Assembly: GCA_963723515.1 (NCBI GenBank)
Contig: CAVRQT010000002.1
Span: 704,001-768,000, forward strand
DNA length: 64,000 nucleotides
Direction of reading: 5' to 3'
DNA from: Vulcanimicrobiota bacterium
GTDB lineage: Bacteria; Vulcanimicrobiota; Vulcanimicrobiia; Vulcanimicrobiales; Vulcanimicrobiaceae
The notes under the pieces were generated by a model. It had not been told where the DNA came from. It saw nothing but the letters and a program-made list of their open reading frames with translations, and searched no databases. Shown here one piece after another: positions 1 through 10,243 of the stretch. Made by a program: the position numbers and the translations under genes. The number at the start of each line of letters is the position of its first letter. Position 1 is the stretch's first letter.

Positions 1-1
1 T

Positions 2-1855
2 CTCACGCACAACCCGAGTCATCTGGAAGCGGTCGATCCGGTCGTTGAAGGCAGCACGCGCGCCCTTCAGACCGACCACTCGACGCCGATTCCAACGCTC
101 GAATTCAAGAAGGCCGCGCCGATCCTCATTCACGGCGATGCGGCGTTCAGCGCGCAAGGCGTCGTTGCGGAAGTTTTCAACTTGCAGGCGTTGCCTGGAT
201 ATGCAACCGGCGGCACGCTGCACGTGATTGCCAACAACCAAATCGGCTTTACGACCGATCCGAAAGATTCGCGCTCGACGCGTTACTCGAGCGACCTTGC
301 CAAAGGCTACGACGTTCCGATCATTCACGTCAACGCGGATGACGTTGAGGCATGCATCTCAGCCGTACACTTAGCCGTCGATTTCCGCCGGCAGTTCGGG
401 CGCGATACGATCATCGACATCATCGGGTACCGGCGTTTCGGCCACAACGAGCAGGATGAGCCGGCATACACGCAGCCGGAGATGTATGAGAAAATCAAGG
501 GGCATCCGACGGCGCGCGAACTCTATGCGAACAAGCTCGTCGCCCAGGGACTAGCAACGAACGATCAAGTCAACGATTACATCGGGCAGGCGACGGCGCG
601 ACTCAAAGAGGCGCACGAAAGCGTCAAGCATGGCAAACAGCCGAGTATGCTGGATGTCGCCAAGGCGCAAGCGCAGTCTACGCCGGTCGAGAGAAAGGTT
701 CCGCAAGAGAAACTGCTGGCATGGAGCGATGCGCTCGTTGAGGCGCCCGAACAGATAGAAGTCAATCGCAAGCTCGTCTCGCAATTCGAACGTCGCAAAA
801 CGGTCATTCACGACCAGGGCTTGATCGACTGGGGAATGGCGGAGGCGCTCGCATTTGCGTCGCTTATTTCCGAAGGCACGCCGGTTCGCTTGACGGGACA
901 AGATACTGAGCGCGGAACGTTCAGCCACCGTCACTTTGTCTTACACGATGCGCGCGGTGGTGCGGAATACATTCCAATGCAGCACTTGCCAGATGCGCGT
1001 GCATCCTTTGAGGTTTTCAACAGTCCGCTTTCGGAGTACGCGTGTATCGGTTTCGAATACGGCTATAGCGGATCGCTGCCGAATGCGCTCGTGCTCTGGG
1101 AAGCGCAGTTCGGCGACTTCAACAACGGCGGCCAAGTGATCGTCGATCAATTCATCGTCGCCGGCGCCGCGAAATGGAATCAAACCTCACGCCTGACGCT
1201 GCTGTTGCCGCACGGCTATGAGGGCGCGGGCCCCGAACATTCCAGCGCGCGGCTCGAGCGCTTCTTGCAACTCTCGGCCGAAGGTAATCTGCGGGTAGCG
1301 AATTGCTCGACCTCCGCGCAGTACTACCATCTTTTGCGCGCGCAAGCGACCGATGCGCAAGCGGTTCCGCTCGTCATCATGACCCCGAAGAGTCTGCTGC
1401 GCGCTGAAGAGTCATTCGGCACTCTGCAAGAGATGGCGACCGGAAAATTCCATCCGGTCATCGACGATGCACACTTCGCCGACAAGAAGGACGCCGTCGA
1501 ACGGCTGATCTTATGCAGCGGCAAAATCTATTACGATCTGATCAACCACGAGTTGTATAAAGCGGTCCAGAAGACGGCGATCGTGCGCATTGAATTGCTG
1601 CAGCCGCTCCCGCACGGTGAATTGAACCGGCTGATCGGCACTTATCCGAATCTCAAGAAATTGATTTGGGTGCAGGAAGAGCCGAAGAACATGGGCGCGC
1701 GCGCACACGTACGGCGTCGCTTACTCGAGCGCAAGACGGACTCGATGGATATCGGTTACATCGGACGTCCATATCGCGCATCACCGTCGGAAGGCTATCC
1801 AGGCGCACATCTTGTGGAAGAAGAGCGCATCTTAAAAACAGCGCTGACGGAGTGA
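2..1855 (+). CDS. sucA: 2-oxoglutarate dehydrogenase E1 component (5'-truncated by window edge)
   Basis: Frame is open from base 2: NPSHLEAVDPVVEG, HGDAAF (TPP motif), NNQIGFTT, GQDTERGTFSHRH, WEAQFGDF, PHGYEGAGPEHSSAR, QEEPKNMG. Confidence 0.97.
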   Translation, partial: LTHNPSHLEAVDPVVEGSTRALQTDHSTPIPTLEFKKAAPILIHGDAAFSAQGVVAEVFNLQALPGYATGGTLHVIANNQIGFTTDPKDSRSTRYSSDLAKGYDVPIIHVNADDVEACISAVHLAVDFRRQFGRDTIIDIIGYRRFGHNEQDEPAYTQPEMYEKIKGHPTARELYANKLVAQGLATNDQVNDYIGQATARLKEAHESVKHGKQPSMLDVAKAQAQSTPVERKVPQEKLLAWSDALVEAPEQIEVNRKLVSQFERRKTVIHDQGLIDWGMAEALAFASLISEGTPVRLTGQDTERGTFSHRHFVLHDARGGAEYIPMQHLPDARASFEVFNSPLSEYACIGFEYGYSGSLPNALVLWEAQFGDFNNGGQVIVDQFIVAGAAKWNQTSRLTLLLPHGYEGAGPEHSSARLERFLQLSAEGNLRVANCSTSAQYYHLLRAQATDAQAVPLVIMTPKSLLRAEESFGTLQEMATGKFHPVIDDAHFADKKDAVERLILCSGKIYYDLINHELYKAVQKTAIVRIELLQPLPHGELNRLIGTYPNLKKLIWVQEEPKNMGARAHVRRRLLERKTDSMDIGYIGRPYRASPSEGYPGAHLVEEERILKTALTE

Positions 1856-1862
1856 CCGCACC

Positions 1863-2018
1863 ATGAGATCGTCGGCCCTCGGTCTCTTTATCGCGCTCGG
1901 CGCGGCGATCGGCGTTGCAATCGGTAATGCATCGCATCAGATCGCGCAAGGCCTTGTGCTCGGCGTCGCTTTCGGGGTTGCAGCTGGAGCGCTAGTAGAC
2001 CGACAGCGCCGAGATTAG
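1863..2018 (+). CDS. small glycine-zipper membrane protein (51 aa)
   Basis: Hand-translated MRSSALGLFIALGAAIGVAIGNASHQIAQGLVLGVAFGVAAGALVDRQRRD*; two hydrophobic GxxxG segments; fills the gap after sucA and its stop overlaps the convergent LOG stop. Confidence 0.65.
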   Translation: MRSSALGLFIALGAAIGVAIGNASHQIAQGLVLGVAFGVAAGALVDRQRRD

Positions 2019-2551
2019 AGCTTCATCGCGCTAAAAAGCGCCGGCAATGTCGTTGCTGAGCGCAAGATCCCGCGATTCTCTTCGGAGAGAAAACCTTCCG
2101 CGACCGCGTGATCGAACATTTGCAGCAACGCATCAAAATAACCGTCAACGTTCAATAAGCCGATCGGCTTGTCGTGAATGCCCAGTTGAAACCAAGTGAT
2201 CGCTTCGCAGAGCTCGTCGAGCGTCCCGTAGCCGCCGGGCAGCGCGATGAACGCGTCGCTCAAGTCGGACATCATCGCCTTGCGCTCGTGCATGCTCGTC
2301 ACGAGGTGCAGTTGCGTCAAGCCGCCGTGCGCGACTTCGCGGTCCGCAAGCGCGCGAGGGATAACGCCGATGATGCTGCCGTTTTGTGCAAGAACTGCAT
2401 CAGCCAAGACGCCCATGAGCCCGATCGAGCCGCCGCCGTAGACGACACCTATACCTTTGGCGACGATGGCACGCGCGAGTTCAACGGCGGTGCGCGCATA
2501 GATGTGGTTGGAGCCGGTTTGCGACCCGCAGAAGACGCAGATGTACTTCAC
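2015..2551 (-). CDS. LOG family (TIGR00730-type) nucleotide phosphoribohydrolase
   Basis: ICVFCGS, VYGGG..GLMG, MHERK, PGGYGTLDE motifs. Confidence 0.93.
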   Translation of the reverse strand: MKYICVFCGSQTGSNHIYARTAVELARAIVAKGIGVVYGGGSIGLMGVLADAVLAQNGSIIGVIPRALADREVAHGGLTQLHLVTSMHERKAMMSDLSDAFIALPGGYGTLDELCEAITWFQLGIHDKPIGLLNVDGYFDALLQMFDHAVAEGFLSEENRGILRSATTLPALFSAMKL

Positions 2552-2566
2552 GAACTTCGGGGGTCG

Positions 2567-3940
2567 CTACGCTAGAACGAGCTCTTCTCCCTCAATTCCC
2601 GCGTTGCGAATCGCATTGCGGATCATCTCATCCTGCAACTCCGGAATGACCCAGCGGGCTTGCACATCGGGCGCTAACTTGTCGATCGGATCGAAGTAAA
2701 CGAACGCCTGACCCGGCTTGACGCTCGGCGCGCTGTACACCGCAATGCCGTTCTCACGGTCGTAGAAGTCGTAACTGTGGACGTCGCGCTTTCCGCCGCC
2801 GCCCGGCGCATCGCACACAAACGTCGGCGTGTTGAACCCTGCGGTCGAGCCGCGCACGAACTTCTCGATGTCGATCGCGCACTGCACCGTCGTGCGCAGG
2901 TCTTCCACGCCTCTGACGAGATCGTGCATATAAACGTAGTACGGATGCACGTTGAGGTGCCCGAGCCGTTTCACGAGCAGACGCATCGTTTTGGGATCGT
3001 CGTTAACCCCGCGAATGAGAACGGATTGATTGCGCACGACGATGCCGCGCTCGAAGAGAAGGCGCATCGCTTTCTCGGTGATCCACGTGATCTCGTTCGG
3101 GCTGTTGAAATGGGTGTGCAGAACGACTTCTTTACCGGCTTTGCGTCCACGCTCGACGATTGCGGTTAGCGCATCGAGCCACTCGGGATGCGTCAGCAAC
3201 TTCATCGGCATGATCGCCGGGCCTTTGGTCGCGATCCTCATCCGCCGTACGTGCGGAATATCAAGCAGCGCGTTGCCGATCAGCTCCAAATTTTTCGGCG
3301 GCAGCTGATACGCATCGCCCCCGGAGACGACGATATCTTCAAGTTCCGGACGCTCGGAGATGTATTGAAACGCATCTTGCCACTGTGCGGGGGTTTTGGC
3401 GAGCGAGACTTTGTCGACTTTTTCGGTGTCTGGTCCGATCGCATAGCTGCGGGTGCAGAAACGGCAGTAGACCGGGCAGACAGCGAGCGGCAAGAAGAGC
3501 GCCTTGTCGACGTAACGATGGACGAGGCCCGGCACCGGTGAGTCCGCTTGTTCATGCAGTGAATCGAGCGTCAGTCTTGGATGGTCGGCGATCAGCCGGC
3601 TTGCAAGGGGAATGAATTGCGTGCGAATCGGATCTCGATAGGGATCCTTCCAATCGATCAGTGAGATTGCGTAAGGCGAAACTCGTACGGCCATCGGCGC
3701 ACGTTCAAAGCCGAGGCGCGCGTCCTCGATAAACGCGGGCGCGGCAACCTCGCCAATCGTCGTCAGTAGCTCTTGCGGCGTCTTGACCGAATGTTTCTGT
3801 TGCCACAGATGATCTAAGAACGTCTTCTCATCAACGTCGCGGTACGCCGGAATCTTGCGCCAAAATTCCCCTTGCAGCAATTGCGTGTGCTCGAGCGCCT
3901 CTGGCGGCGCCGGCGGTTTGCGGTCGATCATTTCTGTCAT
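2567..3940 (-). CDS. kamA: KamA family radical SAM enzyme, lysine 2,3-aminomutase
   Basis: CPVYCRFCTR (CxxxCxxC), LVHRY.DK, SGGD, NQSVLIRGVND, DAPGGGGK (PLP lysine); adjacent to kdd. Confidence 0.88.
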   Translation of the reverse strand: MTEMIDRKPPAPPEALEHTQLLQGEFWRKIPAYRDVDEKTFLDHLWQQKHSVKTPQELLTTIGEVAAPAFIEDARLGFERAPMAVRVSPYAISLIDWKDPYRDPIRTQFIPLASRLIADHPRLTLDSLHEQADSPVPGLVHRYVDKALFLPLAVCPVYCRFCTRSYAIGPDTEKVDKVSLAKTPAQWQDAFQYISERPELEDIVVSGGDAYQLPPKNLELIGNALLDIPHVRRMRIATKGPAIMPMKLLTHPEWLDALTAIVERGRKAGKEVVLHTHFNSPNEITWITEKAMRLLFERGIVVRNQSVLIRGVNDDPKTMRLLVKRLGHLNVHPYYVYMHDLVRGVEDLRTTVQCAIDIEKFVRGSTAGFNTPTFVCDAPGGGGKRDVHSYDFYDRENGIAVYSAPSVKPGQAFVYFDPIDKLAPDVQARWVIPELQDEMIRNAIRNAGIEGEELVLA

Positions 3941-5025
3941 TTGGTGTGCTCCTCAAGGGTTTCGTTCGCCGGCCCGTACCGCCGGCGGAAGTAGGCGTGA
4001 ATTGCCGGATAATCGCGCAGCATCTGGAGTGCGATGTCGGAATGGCCTTTTGCGTAGCCGTTGCCGACGATCATCGTCACGTCTTTACCGACGCCTTCGG
4101 CGCCAAGCGCCGCCGCGGTGAAAGACGTGCACATGGAAAAGAAGTAGACGGTACCATGCTCCTTCGTGCAGAGAATCGAGCTCAGCTCGGTTCCCGGAAC
4201 GTTGACGCAGTTTACGGTAAGATCGGCAAGCTGCGGTAGCGCGTCATTCATCAACGCGTGGACCCGACACGCATCGCGCGCATCGGCCTCAATGAGCCGA
4301 TCGACGAAGCGCTCGCGAACGAGCAACTGCGCACTTTCCGTTGTGACGTCAGGAACGATGCCGACCACGCGGCCTTGCGCGCCGACTTGGGCTTTCGCTT
4401 GCGCGCATGCCAACAAACCTGATTTGCCGTCCGCACCGATGATGGCGACGCTCTCTCCGGCTTGCGCCATTCGTCGCACTTGCGCCGGCGCGCCGGCGAC
4501 GTCCAATGCCGCAAGCGCAACATCGGTTGCAATGTCGCTCGGCAATTTTGCCCACAGACCGCGTTCAAAGAGGATCGCTTTACCGCGTACGCGGATGCGA
4601 GACGTTAGCGGGCTTACGCCGACGATTTCGTCGATCCATAGCGGCGTCAACGTCAGGGAGACGAGCGATGCAATGCGATCGCCCGATGCAAGATCGATTT
4701 TCGCAGCGAGACGCTCGCCGATCTCCAATACCGATCCAACGAACATTCCGCCGCTTCCCGTTATGGGATTGTGCTGCTTACCGCGTTCTTTGACGGTTTG
4801 CTCGATCGTGGCAGCGATGCGGCTCGGATCCGAGTTGCAGGCGTCGCAGATCTGCTTGAACGAGGCGGAATCGATGCACAGCGCTTCAACGTCGCAGAGG
4901 ATCTCGTTCGCGTACGCAACGGGCGTGTTATCCAGTTTCCAAGCATTTTGCGGCAATGCGCCGGCGGGTTCCAAGACGCGATGACTTCCCAGCGCATCAA
5001 GCGTTCTTTCGAGCGCCGCGGTCAT
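3937..5025 (-). CDS. kdd: L-erythro-3,5-diaminohexanoate dehydrogenase
   Basis: GKQHNPITGSGGM, SLVSLTLTPL, ALDVAGAPAQ, FFSM.TSFTAAALGAEGVGKD are typical of Kdd. Confidence 0.88.
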   Translation of the reverse strand: MTAALERTLDALGSHRVLEPAGALPQNAWKLDNTPVAYANEILCDVEALCIDSASFKQICDACNSDPSRIAATIEQTVKERGKQHNPITGSGGMFVGSVLEIGERLAAKIDLASGDRIASLVSLTLTPLWIDEIVGVSPLTSRIRVRGKAILFERGLWAKLPSDIATDVALAALDVAGAPAQVRRMAQAGESVAIIGADGKSGLLACAQAKAQVGAQGRVVGIVPDVTTESAQLLVRERFVDRLIEADARDACRVHALMNDALPQLADLTVNCVNVPGTELSSILCTKEHGTVYFFSMCTSFTAAALGAEGVGKDVTMIVGNGYAKGHSDIALQMLRDYPAIHAYFRRRYGPANETLEEHTK

Positions 5026-5486
5026 TGAACGGGTACTCCGAGACGTTCGAACGGCGTCGAGAGAACCATCGTCGTCTTCGTCCGCGCCATTCCGCGGACG
5101 CCTTTCAATCTCGTGAGAAGATCGTCGAGGTGCGCCGTCGAGCGGGTCATCACTTTTAAGATAAAAGACTCCTCGCCGGCGACGCTATGCACTTCGCTGA
5201 CTTCCGGGAAGCCGGAGAGCGTGCGCGTAAATGCTTCGTAATTGCAATCGGGCGCCGTGAAGCAGCTGACAAAGGCGACGAGCTCCAGACCAAGTCGCCG
5301 GCTATCCAGCAGCGCGCTATAGCGGCGCACGAATCCGCGGCCCTCGAGACGTTTGACGCGTTCATGGACTGCCGGCGCTTTCAGCCCAACGGCCGATGCA
5401 AGTTCGGCGAACGTGGAACGCGCGTTGCGCTGCAACGCGTCCAGAAGCCGCAGATCGAGCTCGTCCAATTCACCGTTGTGCATCAT
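5022..5486 (-). CDS. Lrp/AsnC family transcriptional regulator
   Basis: LDELDLRLLDALQRNAR...VHERVKRLE HTH; C-terminal PEVSEVHSVAGE RAM domain. Confidence 0.95.
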   Translation of the reverse strand: MMHNGELDELDLRLLDALQRNARSTFAELASAVGLKAPAVHERVKRLEGRGFVRRYSALLDSRRLGLELVAFVSCFTAPDCNYEAFTRTLSGFPEVSEVHSVAGEESFILKVMTRSTAHLDDLLTRLKGVRGMARTKTTMVLSTPFERLGVPVQ

Positions 5487-5757
5487 CGTTCGTCAGAAAG
5501 GCCTCTTGAGGGCTATTTTGTTCGGGAAATACACGATACCACAAGCAGTTCATTCGGAGCAAGAGATGAACGGCGGGAGGCCATATGCGCATGTTGGTCT
5601 GCGAGCACGCGCCTGCCGCGCTTATCGATGATGTTGATCAAGTCGGTCCCTGCCAGTTCGTTCGGCGCGACGCCGGGCCACGGCGCTGCAGGAACGGGAA
5701 TATTGGAGTTCGAGGAAGCAGCAGCAAGGTCGTGTGCTTGGAAAAGCGAGGCCTGAA

Positions 5758-7362
5758 ATGCGCTTGGCTCTCATCTTCTTGCCGCTAATACTATGTGCAT
5801 GCGCGCAGGGAATTTCGGTTCAAGGCCGTGCGGCGAACAGCGTTCGGTTCGATCTGGCCGCCGACCCGGCAAATCTCAATCCGCTCTTTGCACACCAAGA
5901 TGCGGCGTCTGTTGAGTTGCAAGTTGCCCGCCTTGCATTTGAACCGTTCATCGATCTCGATGAACGTGGCCGGCCACAGCCTGCATTGTTATCGGTCGTG
6001 CCGACGCATGAAAATGGCGGCATCTCTGCCGATGGCCGCACGATAACGTATCACCTTCGGCGCAACGTGAAGTGGCAAGATGGGGTGCCGGTCTCGTCGG
6101 CGGACGTGCTCTTCACGTTGCACGCGATCTTGGATCGGCGAAATCCCGTTCGTTCGTTAGAAGGATACGAATTGATTGACCGCGCGGTCGCGGAAGGTCC
6201 CCATACCGTCTCGATTCATCTGCGCAAGCCATGGGCGCCGGCGGCCACGACGCTTTTCTCATACGGTGTGAGTTCGCAGTTTGTGTTGCCGGCTCACGTC
6301 TTACGCAATCAGCAGCCGCTTTCGAATGCGCCATTTAACGCCGCACCGGCCGTCGGCGACGGACCGTACAGGTTCATCTCTTGGCGCCGGGGCGACAGAC
6401 TGCGGTACGAAGCCAATCCCCTCTACTGGCGCGGCGAACCCAAAGCGCACATTCTGGACATCCGAGTCATTCCGGATCCATCGACCAATTTGACGCTCCT
6501 TTCCGCGGCCGAGCTCGATTGGAACCTGATTGCACCGCTTCAGCAGGGGACGTTGCAGAATAATCCCGAGGTTGCGTATCGGTACGTTCCAACGGCGACG
6601 GTCGCCGGCGTCGCAATCAATCTCTCGAATCCGCCGCTGAACGACGTGCGCATTCGTCGCGCCCTTGCGATGTCGATCGACCGTGAGGCGATCAGCACGA
6701 AGATCACGCTCGGCAAATATCCCGTGACAAATGTCGCCCAACCGCAATTTTCGTGGGCGTACGATCCGACGGTGCAGTTGCCGCGCTATAGCGTTGGTGC
6801 AGCCGACGCCCTCTTCGATGCTGCCGGCTGGCGACGCGGCAGCGACGGCATCCGATTCAAGGACGGCAAGCCGCTGGCGCTGACCTACGTGCAGTTCCCT
6901 GAAACGGCGACCGGCGTGCGAGCTGCCACGATGATTCAAAGTGAGCTGCGCCAGCGCGGCATTGACGTGCAAATAAAGTCGATCAGCAACGCGCAACTGT
7001 TTCTGCCATCGTCTCGCGGCGGCACGCTGGCGAGCGGCGCATTCGACCTGGCGTACGTGCCGTGGACTTTCGGCAGCGATCCCGACGATAGTGCGCTGCT
7101 TGCATGCCATGGCGCGGAAAACTACATGCGCTATTGTAATCCGCTGGCCGACCGGCTCGAGCAAGAAGCGCTCTCGGCAACAGATCAAAGCCGGCGCAAG
7201 ATGTTCTATTCGAAGATCGGTCACCTCGTCGCTCGAGACGTCCCGATCATCTACCTCTTTAACGCGCGCTACATCTATGCATATCGGAAATCACTAGCCG
7301 GCTTCTATCCAAATGCATTTTTGCCGACGTGGAATGCGGCTGAGTGGAAACTTGAGCGCTAG
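5758..7362 (+). CDS. peptide ABC transporter substrate-binding lipoprotein (family 5)
   Basis: Lipobox-like LCAC; ISADGRTITYHLR.NVKWQDG.P, GDGPY, DVRIRRALAMSIDR. Confidence 0.92.
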   Translation: MRLALIFLPLILCACAQGISVQGRAANSVRFDLAADPANLNPLFAHQDAASVELQVARLAFEPFIDLDERGRPQPALLSVVPTHENGGISADGRTITYHLRRNVKWQDGVPVSSADVLFTLHAILDRRNPVRSLEGYELIDRAVAEGPHTVSIHLRKPWAPAATTLFSYGVSSQFVLPAHVLRNQQPLSNAPFNAAPAVGDGPYRFISWRRGDRLRYEANPLYWRGEPKAHILDIRVIPDPSTNLTLLSAAELDWNLIAPLQQGTLQNNPEVAYRYVPTATVAGVAINLSNPPLNDVRIRRALAMSIDREAISTKITLGKYPVTNVAQPQFSWAYDPTVQLPRYSVGAADALFDAAGWRRGSDGIRFKDGKPLALTYVQFPETATGVRAATMIQSELRQRGIDVQIKSISNAQLFLPSSRGGTLASGAFDLAYVPWTFGSDPDDSALLACHGAENYMRYCNPLADRLEQEALSATDQSRRKMFYSKIGHLVARDVPIIYLFNARYIYAYRKSLAGFYPNAFLPTWNAAEWKLER

Positions 7363-7371
7363 CGCAGCGGC

Positions 7372-8817
7372 TTAGAGCGGCCGGAAGAGCAGCCCGTCGA
7401 TCTTCCCGGCCGAGTTGATCGAGAGGATCAAGTTGAGCGAATCGTTCGCGAAATCGACGCGATAGACGTAGACGATCGAGCTGCCTTGCGCGGTCTTTCC
7501 TAAGTAGGTCAGCATCTGCACGGGGCCGAGGCGGCCGAATTGTGCTTTCGCACCCGAAACGAGTTGGGGCGTCAAGGCCCTGGACATCGTGGCGCTGAGT
7601 TGCGTGCGATCGATCGCGCCGCTTTGAATGCGCCGGATCCACTCTTTTGCGCGCGCCGTGACGCTGAGATCTTCATTCGGCGCTGGAGTGGGATGCGCGG
7701 GCACGAGCTCCGGATGCAGCGCATCGAAAATCTTGGCGGTGATCGATTCAGCCGGCGCTTGCACTTCGTTGAAGAGCGCAATAATCGCCAGATGGTCATC
7801 CGGGTACGTCATGTTGCTTGCGCTGAATCCAAACGTACCGCCGTTGTGCCAGATGCGGCGATGACCGTATTGCGAATCGAGCACCCAACCGAAGCCGTAC
7901 ACTGTCGGCTTTCCATCCGTCAGCGTGCCCGGCGACGTTGCGAGCGCCACATCTTTGGGGACGATCACGCGGCCGCCGAAGAAGGCGTTGTCCCACGTGG
8001 CTAGGTCACCGACATTGCTGACGAGATAACCAGCCGACCACGCCCACCCGGCGCCAAATGTCGGCGCGCGATTGAGTTTGGTTCCTGATTTGCTTGGCCC
8101 GTAACCGATTGCTAAGTCGGAAAGATGCCTTTCATTGCCGATCGTTGCCGTTTGCGTCATTCCCGCCGCCGCAATTACATGCGAGAACAGATAGTCGGTG
8201 TAGCTCTGTCCGCTTGCAAGCTCGACGATGCGTCCGAGAATTACATAATTGGAATTGCTGTATTCCCATCGCGAGCCGGGCGAGAAGCGCAACGGTTTGT
8301 TGGCGATCAGGTTGATCATCGCAGCGAACGTGCCGGGACGGTGCTCCGCTAATGAGACAAAGTTTTTCGAGTCTGTGTAGTTCGGTATGCCCGTCGTCTG
8401 CCAAAGCAGCTGCCGAATCGTGACGTCGTTGGCGGCCGGGTATGACCCGATGTACTTCACGAGGCGATCGTCGAGGCTGACCTTACCGTCTTCGACGAGC
8501 TGCATGATAGCGGCCGCCGTAAACTGCTTGGTGATGGAGCCGATCTCAAATCGAGTGTTCGGGGTCACCGGCTGTTGTAAAGAGAGATTCTTCAGGCCGT
8601 AAGCGCGCCGGTAGATGACGTTGCCGTTTGAAACGATTGCGATTTCTGCTCCGGGAATGCGATACGTATCCATCGCGCGGTGAACGGTTGCATCGACGCG
8701 CGCAATATCGCTTGCCGAAAGCGCCGTGATTGGCGGCGAAGGTGACGGCGTCGGCGTAGGAGCCGGCGCGCGTGCTCCAAGCAAAACGACGAGCGAGATT
8801 GCAGCGAGGAAACGCAT
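7372..8817 (-). CDS. secreted serine hydrolase, beta-lactamase/AmpC-like family
   Basis: Signal peptide plus PT-rich linker; SxxK (GSITKQF), YSN and HNG motifs. Confidence 0.9.
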   Translation of the reverse strand: MRFLAAISLVVLLGARAPAPTPTPSPSPPITALSASDIARVDATVHRAMDTYRIPGAEIAIVSNGNVIYRRAYGLKNLSLQQPVTPNTRFEIGSITKQFTAAAIMQLVEDGKVSLDDRLVKYIGSYPAANDVTIRQLLWQTTGIPNYTDSKNFVSLAEHRPGTFAAMINLIANKPLRFSPGSRWEYSNSNYVILGRIVELASGQSYTDYLFSHVIAAAGMTQTATIGNERHLSDLAIGYGPSKSGTKLNRAPTFGAGWAWSAGYLVSNVGDLATWDNAFFGGRVIVPKDVALATSPGTLTDGKPTVYGFGWVLDSQYGHRRIWHNGGTFGFSASNMTYPDDHLAIIALFNEVQAPAESITAKIFDALHPELVPAHPTPAPNEDLSVTARAKEWIRRIQSGAIDRTQLSATMSRALTPQLVSGAKAQFGRLGPVQMLTYLGKTAQGSSIVYVYRVDFANDSLNLILSINSAGKIDGLLFRPL

Positions 8818-8818
8818 C

Positions 8819-10243
8819 TTACGCGGCTTTGACCGCCCCGACCAAATCGTCAACCGATGCCTTCGCGTCGCCGAAGAGCATCATCGTATTCGGCATTTCG
8901 TAGAGCGGGTTGTCGATGCCGGCAAAGCCGGAGCGCATGCTGCGCTTGAGCACGACGACGTTACTCGCCTTATCGACGTCGAGGATGGGCATCCCGTAAA
9001 TGGGTGATGACGCGACATTGCGTGCCGCGGGGTTCGTGACATCGTTCGCCCCGATGACGAGCGCGACATCCGTCTGCGGAAATTCCGGATTGATGTCCTC
9101 CATGTCGTAGAGCGCGGGATACGGAACGTTTGCTTCGGCGAGCAGCACGTTCATATGGCCGGGCATACGGCCCGCGACCGGATGAATCGCATACTTGACG
9201 GAAACGCCACGCTTTTCGAGCTCATCCGCCAACTTCTTAACGCTGTGCTGGGCCTGGGCAACCGCCATGCCATATCCGGGCACGACGATCACTTGACTTG
9301 CGTAGGCGAGCATCGTTGCGACATCGTCCACCGTTGCGGCGCGAATGTTCTGCGCGCCGCCGCCGGCCGCAGCCGACGATGCGCTGACCGCGCCGAATGC
9401 GCCGAAGAGTACGTTGAAGAGCGAACGATTCATCGCCCGACTCATCAAAATTGTGAGCAACGTGCCGGAAGCGCCAACGAGCGCGCCGCTGATGATCAAG
9501 ACGTTATTGGCGAGCGCCAATCCAGTCAACGCGACGGCTAGACCCGTGAATGAGTTGAGCAGCGAGATGATTACCGGCATATCGGCGCCGCCGATCGGCA
9601 GCACGAAGAGAACGCCGAGCAGCAGCCCGCCGGCCAGCATGCCGAAGAACGGCCACAACGGCTCCGGAGTGCCGTGCATCGTCACGATGAAGGCGGCGAA
9701 AGCAACGGTCGCGAGCGCAATAACGGCGTTGACGATTTGCTGACCGAGGTACGTTACGGGCCGTCCCGTCATCAGTTCTTGCAGCTTGAGAAAGGCGATA
9801 ATGCTGCCCGCGAAGCTAATCGATCCAATGATCGCACTGAGTACGATCGTGACGCCCTGATCGTACGGCAGAACGATCCCGCGCGCGAAGCTCGCGCCTT
9901 GCATGCGGAAGAGAAACTCCGCCGTCGAAACGAGCGCCGCTGCGCCGCCGCCGGCGCCGTTGAAGAGGGCCACCATCTGCGGCATCGCCGTCATCTTCAC
10001 GCGCAGCGCCGAAACGAGGCCGACGAGCGTCCCAATCGCGACGCCGACGACGACGACCCACCACGAGACGATTCCAGTACCGAGGAGCGTCGCGAGCAAT
10101 CCGATCAACATGCCGGCCGCCGCGATGCGATTGCCGAGTCGCGCTGTCGCGGGCGAGCTTAAGAAACGAAGGCCGAGGATGAAGAGGATGCCGGTGACGA
10201 GGTACGCGGCGTCGACCCAAACGGAACTGACCGTTTCGGTCAT
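8819..10243 (-). CDS. pntB: NAD(P)(+) transhydrogenase beta subunit
   Basis: MTAMPQMVA, GGADMPV, VPGYGMAVAQAQ, HPVAGRMPGHMNVLLAEA, GANDVTNP. Confidence 0.97.
   Translation of the reverse strand: MTETVSSVWVDAAYLVTGILFILGLRFLSSPATARLGNRIAAAGMLIGLLATLLGTGIVSWWVVVVGVAIGTLVGLVSALRVKMTAMPQMVALFNGAGGGAAALVSTAEFLFRMQGASFARGIVLPYDQGVTIVLSAIIGSISFAGSIIAFLKLQELMTGRPVTYLGQQIVNAVIALATVAFAAFIVTMHGTPEPLWPFFGMLAGGLLLGVLFVLPIGGADMPVIISLLNSFTGLAVALTGLALANNVLIISGALVGASGTLLTILMSRAMNRSLFNVLFGAFGAVSASSAAAGGGAQNIRAATVDDVATMLAYASQVIVVPGYGMAVAQAQHSVKKLADELEKRGVSVKYAIHPVAGRMPGHMNVLLAEANVPYPALYDMEDINPEFPQTDVALVIGANDVTNPAARNVASSPIYGMPILDVDKASNVVVLKRSMRSGFAGIDNPLYEMPNTMMLFGDAKASVDDLVGAVKAA

Noticed and set aside
5585..5788. 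67-aa Cys-containing ORF with a good GGGAGG RBS upstream of the SBP gene
   Set aside because: No recognisable motif, and it overlaps the SBP start out of frame; it could be real or frameshifted but I cannot support it
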